The notes under the pieces were generated by a model that was not told the origin of the DNA, did no database searches, and saw only the letters and a program-made list of their open reading frames with translations. From contig CP006915.1 of NCBI GenBank assembly GCA_000503915.1, forward strand, positions 180,001-212,000: DNA of 32,000 bases. The letters are read 5' to 3'. The stretch is from Candidatus Saccharimonadota bacterium. Its GTDB lineage: Bacteria > Patescibacteriota > Saccharimonadia > Saccharimonadales > Saccharimonadaceae. How positions within the stretch are numbered: the stretch's first letter is position 1; each line of letters opens with the position of its first letter. A program made the position numbers and the translations under genes. Below are positions 1 to 8,249 of this stretch, one piece after another.

Positions 1-277
1 TCTCATAAGGCATAATATCGTGGTCTTTTTGCACTTCATGGTCTGAGAATTTACGACCGATCAAGCGTTTTACCCCGTAAATTGTATTTTCAGCGTTTGT
101 CACGCGCTGGCGCTGCGCTACTTGACCGACCAGGCGCTCACCTTTCTTATTTATAGCAACGACACTTGGCGTCGTGCGGTTACCTTCAGCATTAGCAATA
201 ACCTCCGGCTTGCCAGCCACCATATAGGCAAATGCCGAGTTGGTTGTACCGAGGTCGATTCCGATAATTTTACCCAT
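1..277 (-). CDS. dnaK: Chaperone DnaK (Hsp70), N-terminal part only; gene runs off the left edge
   Basis: Not in the ORF track because it is truncated. Minus-strand translation from ATG 277-275 gives [32 protein letters not shown], the canonical Hsp70 N-terminus. AGGAGGA SD at 284-290, 6 nt upstream. Confidence 0.9.
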   Translation of the reverse strand, partial: MGKIIGIDLGTTNSAFAYMVAGKPEVIANAEGNRTTPSVVAINKKGERLVGQVAQRQRVTNAENTIYGVKRLIGRKFSDHEVQKDHDIMPYE

Positions 278-325
278 GTTGAGTCCTCCTTGCTACTTAC
301 TATCTACCATATTCTATATACTACT

Positions 326-352
326 TTAGCACTCCTCGCTGGACAGTGCCAA
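326..352 (-). promoter_or_regulatory. CIRCE-like HrcA operator (imperfect), just downstream of the predicted dnaK TSS
   Basis: TTAGCACTC-N9-CAGTGCCAA versus the CIRCE consensus TTAGCACTC-N9-GAGTGCTAA. Confidence 0.7.
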
Positions 353-362
353 AACTATTACT

Positions 363-391
363 AGTGTAAAAAATTAGCACTCTCATGTCAA
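363..391 (-). promoter_or_regulatory. Predicted sigma-70 type dnaK promoter
   Basis: Minus strand: TTGACA (391-386, inside the CIRCE spacer), 17 nt, TACACT (368-363). Confidence 0.5.
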
Positions 392-400
392 GAGTGCTAA
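374..400 (-). promoter_or_regulatory. Perfect CIRCE operator. On the minus strand the same hairpin is followed by a T-tract, so it may also terminate the pilin transcripts.
   Basis: TTAGCACTC-TCATGTCAA-GAGTGCTAA, an exact match to the consensus arms. Minus strand reads AATTAGCACTC..GAGTGCTAATTTTTT, 13 nt after the pilin stop at 413-415. Confidence 0.9.
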
Positions 401-412
401 TTAAAAAATTTA

Positions 413-926
413 CTATAAGTCCTGAGCTAACTTAGCCCACCAGTTGCCAACGGTATAAGTACCACATGTTCCCCCGGGGGAAGATCCTGAGCTGCTACTT
501 ACTTCTCCTGTACGAACACCGAGCACATAGAATGCCGTCGGACATCCATTTGACCCTGCACTATAGCGATAGTAATAATATATCTTTGCTCCTGTCGTGT
601 TCATATCCCCTGTATTTATAGGATCCACCGGAACGCTATAGAGTACCCCTGCCGTCACCAGTTGCTGCAAAAACGGATGATTGCCATTTGGGATTCGAGC
701 TAATCTCCCATCCACCTACAGAGTTGCCGACTGCATTTGGATACGAGCTATTTTGTATCTTATAAAGCTCCAGTGCTTTTGCGATTGAAGTAATATCCTG
801 AAGACGCTGCGCATCACGGGCGCGCTGCTGAATGCCGTTATATGCCACTACTGTGATCGCCGCCAGGATTGCAATCACCACGATGACAATAAGAAGCTCG
901 ACTATAGTGAATCCTCTATGCTTCAT
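413..926 (-). pseudogene. Type IV pilin-like protein, frameshifted (divergent fifth paralog)
   Basis: The N-terminal frame (ATG 926, ORF 636..971) starts MKHRG/FTIVELLIVIVVIAILAAI, a prepilin leader plus class III signal. The C-terminal globular part (..NGNHPFLQQLVTAGVLYSVPVDPINTG..) continues in the +1 frame (ORF 413..715). The frames switch near the minus-strand CCC-AAA run at 687-692. A GAGGGTGA SD precedes the ATG. Confidence 0.75.
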
Positions 927-1447
927 CAATTCACCCTCAATGCATAGTTCATGCCATAGGCTGTATCCCAACCGCTTTGGCAGGTACCATCAAGATCGGT
1001 TGCTGCTTGAGGAAGTGTTTCAAGATGAGCATAAAGATAAGTCCCGCTTGCGCAGCTTGCTTTCATATAAGCAAAACAAGTCAGACCCGTGCATGCTCCT
1101 AGCCCACCTGGGTCAACTAGTGCTTTTGATAAATAGCCCCCCTCTGTCAAGCAGGCGTTGATTGACTTTAATGAGCCAGCTCCATCATAATCGGATGGTA
1201 GCCATCCGTAACTATTAGTACCTCCACTTCCACACTGCAAAGAAGCATAATCGCCATCATTGTCTACTGCGTAGAGTTTTAACGCCTTAGAGATTTGAGC
1301 GAGATCTTGCTTACGAACGTTATCTCGTGCACGAGCTTGGATACTGTTATACGCAACGATAGTAATTGCCGCGAGGATAGCTATCACCACAATGACAATG
1401 AGGAGTTCGACGATAGTGAAGCCTGTTTGTCTTGCCCACAATTTCAT
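926..1447 (-). CDS. Type IV pilin (prepilin-type N-terminal cleavage/methylation domain)
   Basis: Starts MKLWARQTG/FTIVELLIVIVVIAILAAITIVAY. The Cys-containing C-terminal domain is shared with paralogs (YAHLETLPQ..TD.DGT..YGMNY..VN). Start trimmed to ATG 1447, which lies 6 nt after a TATAAT box. Confidence 0.85.
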   Translation of the reverse strand: MKLWARQTGFTIVELLIVIVVIAILAAITIVAYNSIQARARDNVRKQDLAQISKALKLYAVDNDGDYASLQCGSGGTNSYGWLPSDYDGAGSLKSINACLTEGGYLSKALVDPGGLGACTGLTCFAYMKASCASGTYLYAHLETLPQAATDLDGTCQSGWDTAYGMNYALRVN

Positions 1448-1453
1448 GTGCAC

Positions 1454-1463
1454 ATTATAGCAT
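1454..1463 (-). promoter_or_regulatory. Extended -10 promoter (TGCTATAAT) for the pilin at 926-1447
   Basis: Minus strand reads CTTATGCTATAAT-gtgcac-ATG. Confidence 0.6.
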
Positions 1464-1548
1464 AAGGGGCATTTGCGAGAGACTCTGATGATCGTCGCAC
1501 CGAATGGCAAATCGGCTGGACATCAGCAAAGGATAATACTCATAACTC

Positions 1549-2052
1549 CTAAAACTTTATGTAGTAGTTTACGTTTTCAGTTGTGTCAATACCTGACGCA
1601 CAGGTTCCATCTGTGGCAGTGTCTGAGAGCGGTATCCCTTCCATATGTGCATACAGAAATGTTCCCATACCACAGGTGTATTTCAGGTAAGTAAATTTCG
1701 TTTGCCCTGAGCATGTTTTGTTGAAACAAGGATCTTCGACATTTTTAGTAATGTACCCCCCGTTCTTGAAGCAATCCATAATAGGTATCCGCACGCCAGT
1801 TCCATCATAGTCAAAGTGGGTATATCCATCGCCATTACCATTACCGCAGTTACTCGCAGCATTCATATAGTTGCCGTTATCTGCGTAATAAAGTTTTAGC
1901 GATTTCTCTAAAAATGCGAGATCAGCAGTACGAATACTGTCGCGTGCACGCTGCTGAATTCCGTTATATGCTACGACCGTAATAGCAGCCATAATCGCAA
2001 TCACCACAACAACAATCAGTAGTTCAACGATAGTAAAGCCGCGTAGTTTCAC
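1549..2052 (-). CDS. Type IV pilin paralog
   Basis: Starts (GTG)KLRG/FTIVELLIVVVVIAIMAAI. AAGGTGA SD lies inside the end of the upstream gene, with a 3 nt intergenic gap, consistent with translational coupling. Confidence 0.85.
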   Translation of the reverse strand: MKLRGFTIVELLIVVVVIAIMAAITVVAYNGIQQRARDSIRTADLAFLEKSLKLYYADNGNYMNAASNCGNGNGDGYTHFDYDGTGVRIPIMDCFKNGGYITKNVEDPCFNKTCSGQTKFTYLKYTCGMGTFLYAHMEGIPLSDTATDGTCASGIDTTENVNYYIKF

Positions 2053-2055
2053 GAT

Positions 2056-2559
2056 TTAATTCACCTTAACCACATAATTCATACCATAGGAGGTGTCATA
2101 CACCGTGCAATTGGTGCCGTCTGTGTCTGTGCTCGTTTGCGGCAAGGTCTCTAAGTGTGCTATATAAAATGTTCCTGCGCTGCCACTACATTTCATGTAG
2201 GCAAAGCAAGTTAGTCCTGTACATGAACCCAAGCCAGAAGGATCCCTTAATTCTTTGCTCAAATAGCCGTCCTTCATTAAACAGCCATTCACCGAAAGCC
2301 ATGCTCCTGTAGTGTCGTAGTCTACCGACAACCAACCGGATCCGGTACCACCAGAGCCACAGCCCGCCTCGGCGTAATCTCCATTATCTACGGCATAAAG
2401 TTTCGTAGCTTTCGCTAATTGTGCTAAGTCTTGTTTTCGAACGCTGTCCCTAGTCCGTGCCTGAATACCGTTATACGCAACTATCGTAATGGCAGCCAGA
2501 ATAGCAATCACCACAATAACGATCAGAAGTTCCACAACGGTAAAACCACGCTTTTGCAT
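2056..2559 (-). CDS. Type IV pilin paralog
   Basis: Starts MQKRG/FTVVELLIVIVVIAILAAI. By eye the C-terminal domain closely resembles that of 926-1447. Confidence 0.85.
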   Translation of the reverse strand: MQKRGFTVVELLIVIVVIAILAAITIVAYNGIQARTRDSVRKQDLAQLAKATKLYAVDNGDYAEAGCGSGGTGSGWLSVDYDTTGAWLSVNGCLMKDGYLSKELRDPSGLGSCTGLTCFAYMKCSGSAGTFYIAHLETLPQTSTDTDGTNCTVYDTSYGMNYVVKVN

Positions 2560-2565
2560 GGCCTA

Positions 2566-2574
2566 ATTGTAGCA
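2566..2574 (-). promoter_or_regulatory. Extended -10 promoter (TGCTACAAT) for the pilin at 2056-2559
   Basis: Minus strand reads CTTATGCTACAAT-taggcc-ATG. Confidence 0.6.
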
Positions 2575-2598
2575 TAAGCAGTATAAGGAGGATTTTTG

Positions 2599-3126
2599 CT
2601 AATCGGTAATTTTCACAAAGTAATTCATGCCATAATCTGTATCGAGGTTAACAGCACAGGTACCATCCGTGTCGGAAGTCGTATGCACGAGCGTCTCAAG
2701 ATTGGCATATACATAAGTAGTAGCAGTCCCGCCTTGAGAGCATGTATACTTCATGTACGCATGACAGTCTAGGCTGCCTATTGAACAGTTTATGCTGCCC
2801 GAAGGGTCTACGATATCCTTATCTATAACTCCAGCCGTTTTGAGACATTTATTCATCCCACTCGGTGAATAGTTATAATTAAACCAGCCGCTGCCGTTGC
2901 CGTTTGACCCGCAACCGACTCCTATCCACATCGGCCCATTGTCTACCGAATACAACTTCAAGGCTTTCGCTATAGAGGTGAGGTCACTCTTACGAATATT
3001 GTCTCTCGTTCGTTGTTGGAGGCCACTGTATGCAACGATCGTAATCGCGGCGAGGATAGCGATGACGACGATAACAATCAGGAGCTCAACGATGGTAAAG
3101 CCTGTATGTTTTGCCCACAGCTTCAT
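2599..3126 (-). CDS. Type IV pilin paralog
   Basis: Starts MKLWAKHTG/FTIVELLIVIVVIAILAAI. The ORF-track start at 3132 is a TTG inside the promoter, so ATG 3126 is preferred. Confidence 0.85.
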   Translation of the reverse strand: MKLWAKHTGFTIVELLIVIVVIAILAAITIVAYSGLQQRTRDNIRKSDLTSIAKALKLYSVDNGPMWIGVGCGSNGNGSGWFNYNYSPSGMNKCLKTAGVIDKDIVDPSGSINCSIGSLDCHAYMKYTCSQGGTATTYVYANLETLVHTTSDTDGTCAVNLDTDYGMNYFVKITD

Positions 3127-3132
3127 GAGCAA

Positions 3133-3142
3133 ATTATAGCAT
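3133..3142 (-). promoter_or_regulatory. Extended -10 promoter (TGCTATAAT) for the pilin at 2599-3126
   Basis: Minus strand reads CTTATGCTATAAT-ttgctc-ATG. Confidence 0.6.
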
Positions 3143-3149
3143 AAGGGGG

Positions 3150-3614
3150 TTACTTTCGGGTGACTTTAACCATAGCGTGGCGAATCGGCTGACCATCGAG
3201 CAAGTAACCGGCTTGTAGCTCCTCGGCAATCACTTCGTGTTCGCCCTTCGCATCTTCATCGATCTGGATCGCTTCGTGCAGTTCGGGGTTAAAAATAGTG
3301 CCAGGTTTGGCATTAATACGTACAACATTCATGCCTTCCAGCGATTTCTCAAGGCTCCGCACTAGGTTAATGACGCCTTGCGCCCACTTGTCGGCTTGCA
3401 AATTCTCGGGAACGTGGGCGATTGCTCGCTCGATATTATCGATAACCGGCAGTAGCTTCAAGATGGAGGTTGCGCGACCCGCGCTCCGAGCGGCTTCTTT
3501 TTCCTGTTCTATACGCCGAACATAATTTTCAAAGTCAGCACGCGTACGTTGCAGGTCGGCGGTCAATTCTGCGACTTGCTGTTCGAGTTCTCCTTGTTTT
3601 TTACTCTTCGCCAC
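3150..3614 (-). CDS. grpE: Nucleotide exchange factor GrpE
   Basis: 154 aa with a coiled-coil N-terminus (ELEQQVAELTADLQRTRADFENYVRR) and a GrpE-type C-terminus. GTG start directly abuts the hrcA stop. GAGGAGG SD is present. Confidence 0.9.
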   Translation of the reverse strand: MAKSKKQGELEQQVAELTADLQRTRADFENYVRRIEQEKEAARSAGRATSILKLLPVIDNIERAIAHVPENLQADKWAQGVINLVRSLEKSLEGMNVVRINAKPGTIFNPELHEAIQIDEDAKGEHEVIAEELQAGYLLDGQPIRHAMVKVTRK

Positions 3615-4319
3615 CTAAAGTGCCTCCTCGAGCATGGCACCAGTCTGACGGACAAGCCGCATTACGCGGCCGTAGCTCTGGCGCGTCGGACCGAGTACGC
3701 CGATATAGCTACTGTCGGAAAATGGTGAGCGAAATTTACTAATAATCAGTGTTGCGCCGCTGCTTTTGCCGATCGGATTTTCACTACCGATAAAAACATT
3801 CAATGGCTGGTTAGGGGCAGCCTCGCGTAGCCACGGCTCGAGGTTGTCGAGCAAGCGAGCGACAGACTGCGCCTGCGTGCTGATCATAAATTCTGGCTGA
3901 GAGAACAAATTGCCCATACCGCTGAGGTACAGTTCGTCACCAATAGTTGCCAAACCAAGATTTTGTGTCAGATCGACGAGGCTGTCAACGGCGCTGCGAA
4001 TCGCTCGGTCAGCCTGGCTGGCCTGTGTACTTACCCGCGCCTCAATCGCTCTCGCACTGCGATCGAGCCCCGTCGTTTCATCATTTTGCTGTGTCAGTAG
4101 ATTGACATAAAAACGATAGCCTTTGTCGGTCGGAATACGGCCAGCACTGGTGTGTGGCTGGGTGATTAATTCCAGCTCTTCCAGCTTCGCCATCTCACTG
4201 CGAATCGTCGCACTGGAGACACCAAAGAGCTTCGCCAGCATTACGCTACCAACCGGTACAGCAATCTCGGCATATTGCTCGATGATCGCGGAAAGAATCG
4301 CCACTTGTCGCTCTGTCAT
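3615..4319 (-). CDS. hrcA: Heat-inducible transcription repressor HrcA (short form)
   Basis: N-terminal wHTH (MTERQVAILSAIIEQYAEIAVPVGS..). Sits upstream of grpE, with a CIRCE in its promoter. Confidence 0.85.
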   Translation of the reverse strand: MTERQVAILSAIIEQYAEIAVPVGSVMLAKLFGVSSATIRSEMAKLEELELITQPHTSAGRIPTDKGYRFYVNLLTQQNDETTGLDRSARAIEARVSTQASQADRAIRSAVDSLVDLTQNLGLATIGDELYLSGMGNLFSQPEFMISTQAQSVARLLDNLEPWLREAAPNQPLNVFIGSENPIGKSSGATLIISKFRSPFSDSSYIGVLGPTRQSYGRVMRLVRQTGAMLEEAL

Positions 4320-4326
4320 GTGTACG

Positions 4327-4332
4327 ATTATA
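4327..4332 (-). promoter_or_regulatory. -10 box (TATAAT) of hrcA, 7 nt before the ATG
   Basis: Minus strand reads GCTATAAT-cgtacac-ATG(4319). Confidence 0.55.
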
Positions 4333-4340
4333 GCGCTAGT

Positions 4341-4367
4341 TTGGCACTCTGGTCAAGCGAGTGCTAG
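4341..4367. promoter_or_regulatory. CIRCE operator in the hrcA / adk-like divergent intergenic region
   Basis: TTGGCACTC-TGGTCAAGC-GAGTGCTAG, with each arm matching 8 of 9 consensus positions. It ends 8 nt upstream of the hrcA -10, so it covers the -35 region. Confidence 0.8.
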
Positions 4368-4369
4368 CC

Positions 4370-4398
4370 TTGCCAATGCCCTCGAGAGCCCGTATACT
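4370..4398 (+). promoter_or_regulatory. Predicted promoter of the adk-like gene
   Basis: TTGCCA (4370-4375), 17 nt, TATACT (4393-4398). The ATG at 4408 is 9 nt downstream. Confidence 0.5.
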
Positions 4399-4407
4399 TC
4401 TCTATAC

Positions 4408-5028
4408 ATGAATACTCAGCAGATTTTACAAATAAAAGAATGGCTTGGCACTGGATCGATCAATATTTTTGGACGGCCATTTGCCGGTAAAGACACTCAA
4501 GGCGAGAAACTCGCACAGCTGTTTGATGGGGTGTTGATGGGTGGTGGCGACATTTTACGAAATAGCACCATCCCCGAACATCTGGATGCCATCTTACACC
4601 GCGGCGAGCTAATACCCAGCGACGATTACGTCGCAATCGTGCTCCCCTACTTATCCAAAGAAGAGTACGCAAGTCGACCTCTACTCCTCAGTTCCGTAGG
4701 ACGATGGATCGGTGAGGAGCAGGGAGTTATGGCGGCAACAAAAGCAGCCCAGCATCCACTCAAATGCGTCCTCTATATTGATATCGACGAAGCAATGGTC
4801 ATGCAGCGCTGGTCAGCTCTGGAAAGCCATGACGACAGAGGCGGACGTTATGATGACACCGCCGAGATACTGCAAAAGCGGCTCGAAGAATACAGAAGTA
4901 AAACCTTGCCCGTAATCGAAGAGTACGACCGTCTAGGTTTACTTGAACGCATTGACGGTCACGGTACGCCCGAAGAAGTTCACGAGCTCATTCTTGCTTG
5001 TCTGCTTCGGCGAGCTACTAGCCAGTAA
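4408..5028 (+). CDS. Adenylate kinase family protein (divergent P-loop)
   Basis: MNTQQ..NIFGRPFAGKDTQGEKLA..GGGDILR..GELIPSD..R.DD..ILQKRLEEYRSKTLPVIEEY..IDGHGTPEEV follows the Adk layout. The ORF-track N-terminal extension (4123-4407) is antisense to hrcA and was rejected. Confidence 0.6.
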   Translation: MNTQQILQIKEWLGTGSINIFGRPFAGKDTQGEKLAQLFDGVLMGGGDILRNSTIPEHLDAILHRGELIPSDDYVAIVLPYLSKEEYASRPLLLSSVGRWIGEEQGVMAATKAAQHPLKCVLYIDIDEAMVMQRWSALESHDDRGGRYDDTAEILQKRLEEYRSKTLPVIEEYDRLGLLERIDGHGTPEEVHELILACLLRRATSQ

Positions 5029-6433
5029 TCAGCTGACTATTTCGCAGCATCATCGCGATGCCCGTGAAACCAACGATCAGTATTATAGTGACGACAGCGA
5101 GAATTTGACTGACACGACGCGGGAGTAATTTTGCGAGGTAATAGCAGCTTAGTCCTATCAGAACCAATAGTGCCGGGAGGATATAGCGGCCGTTCAGCGC
5201 CAGACCAAACACTTGATAAGTCAGATATTCCGAATAGTTCACCGACAAGTGAGCCCCCATCACAAATAGTGCTGTGCCGGTAGCGAATAGCCTGAGCATA
5301 CTCTCATCCTGCTTGGTCTTTCGCCATTGATTGGTGTCACGCACTATACCGTAGCCAATCGCACCAATCATGACAAGGAGCAACCCAGGCGCTAGCCACG
5401 TCGGCGGCGTCGCCTCATGTCGCCAGCCCTGCGTTTGGATATCGGCAATATTCGTCACGCTATGGGTGAGCCATTTTGCCGTAAAAACGGGCAGGGGTAG
5501 CGGCGTCTCATCGCGCGTCACCCCACTCCCCAACCATGAGCCCTTATCCGTTGGTGCACCGGCATCAAGCCACTTTTTTCGGCTACTTGCCCAAAATACT
5601 TCACACGCTTTTTCTCCTTGCACCTGCTCGCAAGTTGGAGCCACCGCACCATAACGATAGAGATTTCCTCCAACCCGTTCGATGAACAGTCCACTCACGA
5701 TCACTAGGAAGACTCCAGCAGCAATGACACGCCAATCTACTCGCTTGCTACTTTTTACGAATAGTGCCCATTTTCTATAGACGAGTAGAGCAACAACGAA
5801 TACCAAGACAAGTCCGAGCGGAAGTAGCGTCCGCTTTATGAGCCCACCAGCCACGATAATGTTGAGCAGTAGCAGCGTATCAAGCACGGTTGGTCGCCGC
5901 CAGATACGTAGCACCAGGAGTAGCGACAACACATAGCCAAGCCACACGAAAACATCATTATTGACCTCCGCCGATACCATCAGCACCATTGGCAAATTGG
6001 TAATGATTGCCAGTGTTACCGTTGTTGTCGCCGCCGATACACCAAGTCGCCGCAACAGCCGCACCAACATGATCATTGTCAGAAGTGCCGCCAGTACGGA
6101 GATAACTCGAATGACATAGACTTCGATTTTTTCGCCCGGCAAAGCCCTGGCTATAAAACTAGCACCGTAATGATAGAGGTAGTCAACTTCTCTAGTCTTA
6201 TCACCGAGCGATCGTGTCGGCGTCTGCTCTTCAAAGATGGGACTGAGCGAATGATCGGCATAATGGCGGATAAAGTTGAGGTGGTTGTTCTCATCAGGAG
6301 GCGTGCCGACATGAGTAACAAACGCTAGCAGTAGCGCTTGTACGACGAAGGCACCGAGGACGATACGACGGGCGGTTTTGCTACCGGCAAATTTTGATAG
6401 TGTGTCAAAAAAAGAAAAAAGTTTCTGTTTCAT
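5018..6433 (-). CDS. Polytopic membrane protein, possibly a GT-C type glycosyltransferase
   Basis: 471 aa, more than 10 predicted TM helices, first loop contains PPDENNHLNFIRHY. The function call is weak. Confidence 0.4.
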   Translation of the reverse strand: MKQKLFSFFDTLSKFAGSKTARRIVLGAFVVQALLLAFVTHVGTPPDENNHLNFIRHYADHSLSPIFEEQTPTRSLGDKTREVDYLYHYGASFIARALPGEKIEVYVIRVISVLAALLTMIMLVRLLRRLGVSAATTTVTLAIITNLPMVLMVSAEVNNDVFVWLGYVLSLLLVLRIWRRPTVLDTLLLLNIIVAGGLIKRTLLPLGLVLVFVVALLVYRKWALFVKSSKRVDWRVIAAGVFLVIVSGLFIERVGGNLYRYGAVAPTCEQVQGEKACEVFWASSRKKWLDAGAPTDKGSWLGSGVTRDETPLPLPVFTAKWLTHSVTNIADIQTQGWRHEATPPTWLAPGLLLVMIGAIGYGIVRDTNQWRKTKQDESMLRLFATGTALFVMGAHLSVNYSEYLTYQVFGLALNGRYILPALLVLIGLSCYYLAKLLPRRVSQILAVVTIILIVGFTGIAMMLRNSQLITG

Positions 6434-6442
6434 GGCGTGGTA

Positions 6443-8221
6443 TTAATCTCTCTTCAACATTACCATAAATGCTTCCGACGGAATATCGACTTTACCAAAA
6501 CGCTTCATGCGTTTTTTACCTTTGGCTTGTTTGGCGAGCACTTTTTTCTTTCGGCTGACATCGCCGCCGTAGAGACCGGTCGTCACATCTTTGCGGTAGG
6601 CACTCAAGTCTTCGCGGGCAATAAACTTGCCGCCAATCGCTGCCTGCAGCGCGACTTGAAAGTTTTGCCGCGGGATCACCTCTTTAAGTTTTTTTACTAT
6701 CTCCCGACCCAGGCTCTGGCTTTCAGAGCGGTGCGCCATAACGCTGAGCGCGTCAACCATCTCACCGGCGACATAAAAGTCAACTCGCACGAGGTCTTCT
6801 GGATGATAGCCTGAAAGCTCGTAGTTGAAGCTGCCGTAGCCGCTAGTCACACTTTTAAGCTGATCGTAAAAGTCGGTTAGTAGGTTGGCAAGCGGTGCCT
6901 CAAAGCTCACCAATGCGCGCTCTTCGATGTAGCTGAGGTTTTTCTGTCGGCCGCGCTTCGCCACAATCAGCTGGATTACCACGCCGATATATTCCTGTGG
7001 GACGACGATTTCGCCATTGATCCACGGCTCGCGGATTTCTTTAACTTTCGTAACCGGTGGCAATTCACTCGCTGACTTGATATCGATCTCTTCACCCGTT
7101 GTCAGCGTAACTTGGTAGTCGGTACTCGGATTTGTCACGACGAGGTCGAGGTCGTATTCGCGCTCCAACCGCTCGCGGATGATATCCATGTGGAGTAGTC
7201 CCAAAAAGCCGATCCGGACGCCGTAGCCAAGCACCGGCGAATTTTCCGGCTCGAACTGTAGGGCCGAGTCGCTCATTGCCAGCTTTTCGATCGCTTCCTT
7301 GAGATCATTATAATCTTCGTTGGAGACCGGGAAGAAGCCGGCGTAGACAAACGGCTTGACATGCTGATAGCCCGGCAGTGTATGCGTAGCGCGTGCTCGA
7401 GAAACGGTCACTGTGTCACCGACGCGAGCTTCGCGCGTGGTCTTCAAGTTGGTCACGATATAGCCGATCTCTCCGGTGGCAATCTCCTTCATTGGTGCCA
7501 TTGTCGGACTAAGCGCGCCAACTTCAAGTGCCAAGCCGTGAGCACCAGTCGCCAACATCTCGATCGTGTCACCTTTTTTAATCGAGCCGTCGACCGTCCG
7601 AGTATAAAGGATCACGCCGCGATAATCGTCGTAGTAACTATCAAATATAAGCGAGCGGGTCGATGAATGAGATTCACCGCTCGGCGGTAGAATTTGCTGA
7701 ACAACTGCATCAAGGACAGCCGGTACACCTTCGCCGGTTTTAGCGCTGATCTTTATAATCTCGTCATCACTACACCCGAGTAAGTTCTTGATTTCTGCAC
7801 TGACCCGTGACACATCAGCCGCTGGCAAATCTACTTTATTGAGAACTGGAATAATAGTGAGGTTTGCAGCGAGAGCCAGGTAGACATTGGCAAGCGTCTG
7901 CGCCTGGATTCCCTGGCTAGCATCGACAACCAAAATTGCCCCCTCACAAGCCTCCAAGCTACGGCTGACTTCGTAACTAAAGTCAACGTGTCCCGGTGTA
8001 TCGATGAGATTTAGCTCATATTGCTTATAATGCATCCGAACCGGCGCCAACTTAATAGTAATGCCCCTTTCTCGCTCTAGTTCCATAGTATCGAGCAGTT
8101 GGCTTTTCATGTCACGCTGTTTCACCGTGCCGGTTAATTCCAGCAAGCGGTCAGCCAGCGTACTTTTGCCATGGTCGATGTGGGCAATGATACAAAAATT
8201 ACGGATATGGTCTTGAGTCAT
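6443..8221 (-). CDS. lepA: Elongation factor 4 (LepA)
   Basis: IRNFCIIAHIDHGKSTLADRL..DTPGHVDF..NKVDL GTPase motifs and a LepA-type C-terminus. TGCTATAAT lies 9 nt upstream of the ATG. Confidence 0.95.
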   Translation of the reverse strand: MTQDHIRNFCIIAHIDHGKSTLADRLLELTGTVKQRDMKSQLLDTMELERERGITIKLAPVRMHYKQYELNLIDTPGHVDFSYEVSRSLEACEGAILVVDASQGIQAQTLANVYLALAANLTIIPVLNKVDLPAADVSRVSAEIKNLLGCSDDEIIKISAKTGEGVPAVLDAVVQQILPPSGESHSSTRSLIFDSYYDDYRGVILYTRTVDGSIKKGDTIEMLATGAHGLALEVGALSPTMAPMKEIATGEIGYIVTNLKTTREARVGDTVTVSRARATHTLPGYQHVKPFVYAGFFPVSNEDYNDLKEAIEKLAMSDSALQFEPENSPVLGYGVRIGFLGLLHMDIIRERLEREYDLDLVVTNPSTDYQVTLTTGEEIDIKSASELPPVTKVKEIREPWINGEIVVPQEYIGVVIQLIVAKRGRQKNLSYIEERALVSFEAPLANLLTDFYDQLKSVTSGYGSFNYELSGYHPEDLVRVDFYVAGEMVDALSVMAHRSESQSLGREIVKKLKEVIPRQNFQVALQAAIGGKFIAREDLSAYRKDVTTGLYGGDVSRKKKVLAKQAKGKKRMKRFGKVDIPSEAFMVMLKRD

Positions 8222-8249
8222 CAGAGGTAAATTATAGCATTTTTACTCT

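Noticed and set aside
4123-4407. N-terminal extensions of ORF-track models: adk-like from 4123, tilS from 12858, ABC ATPase from 29727, pilins from 971, 1510 and 3132, 27399..27809, 12728..12919 and 18498..19358
   Set aside because: The extensions overlap upstream genes or run through the gene's own -10 box or intergenic promoter, and they lack family similarity. Internal ATGs with promoter or SD context give family-typical N-termini.
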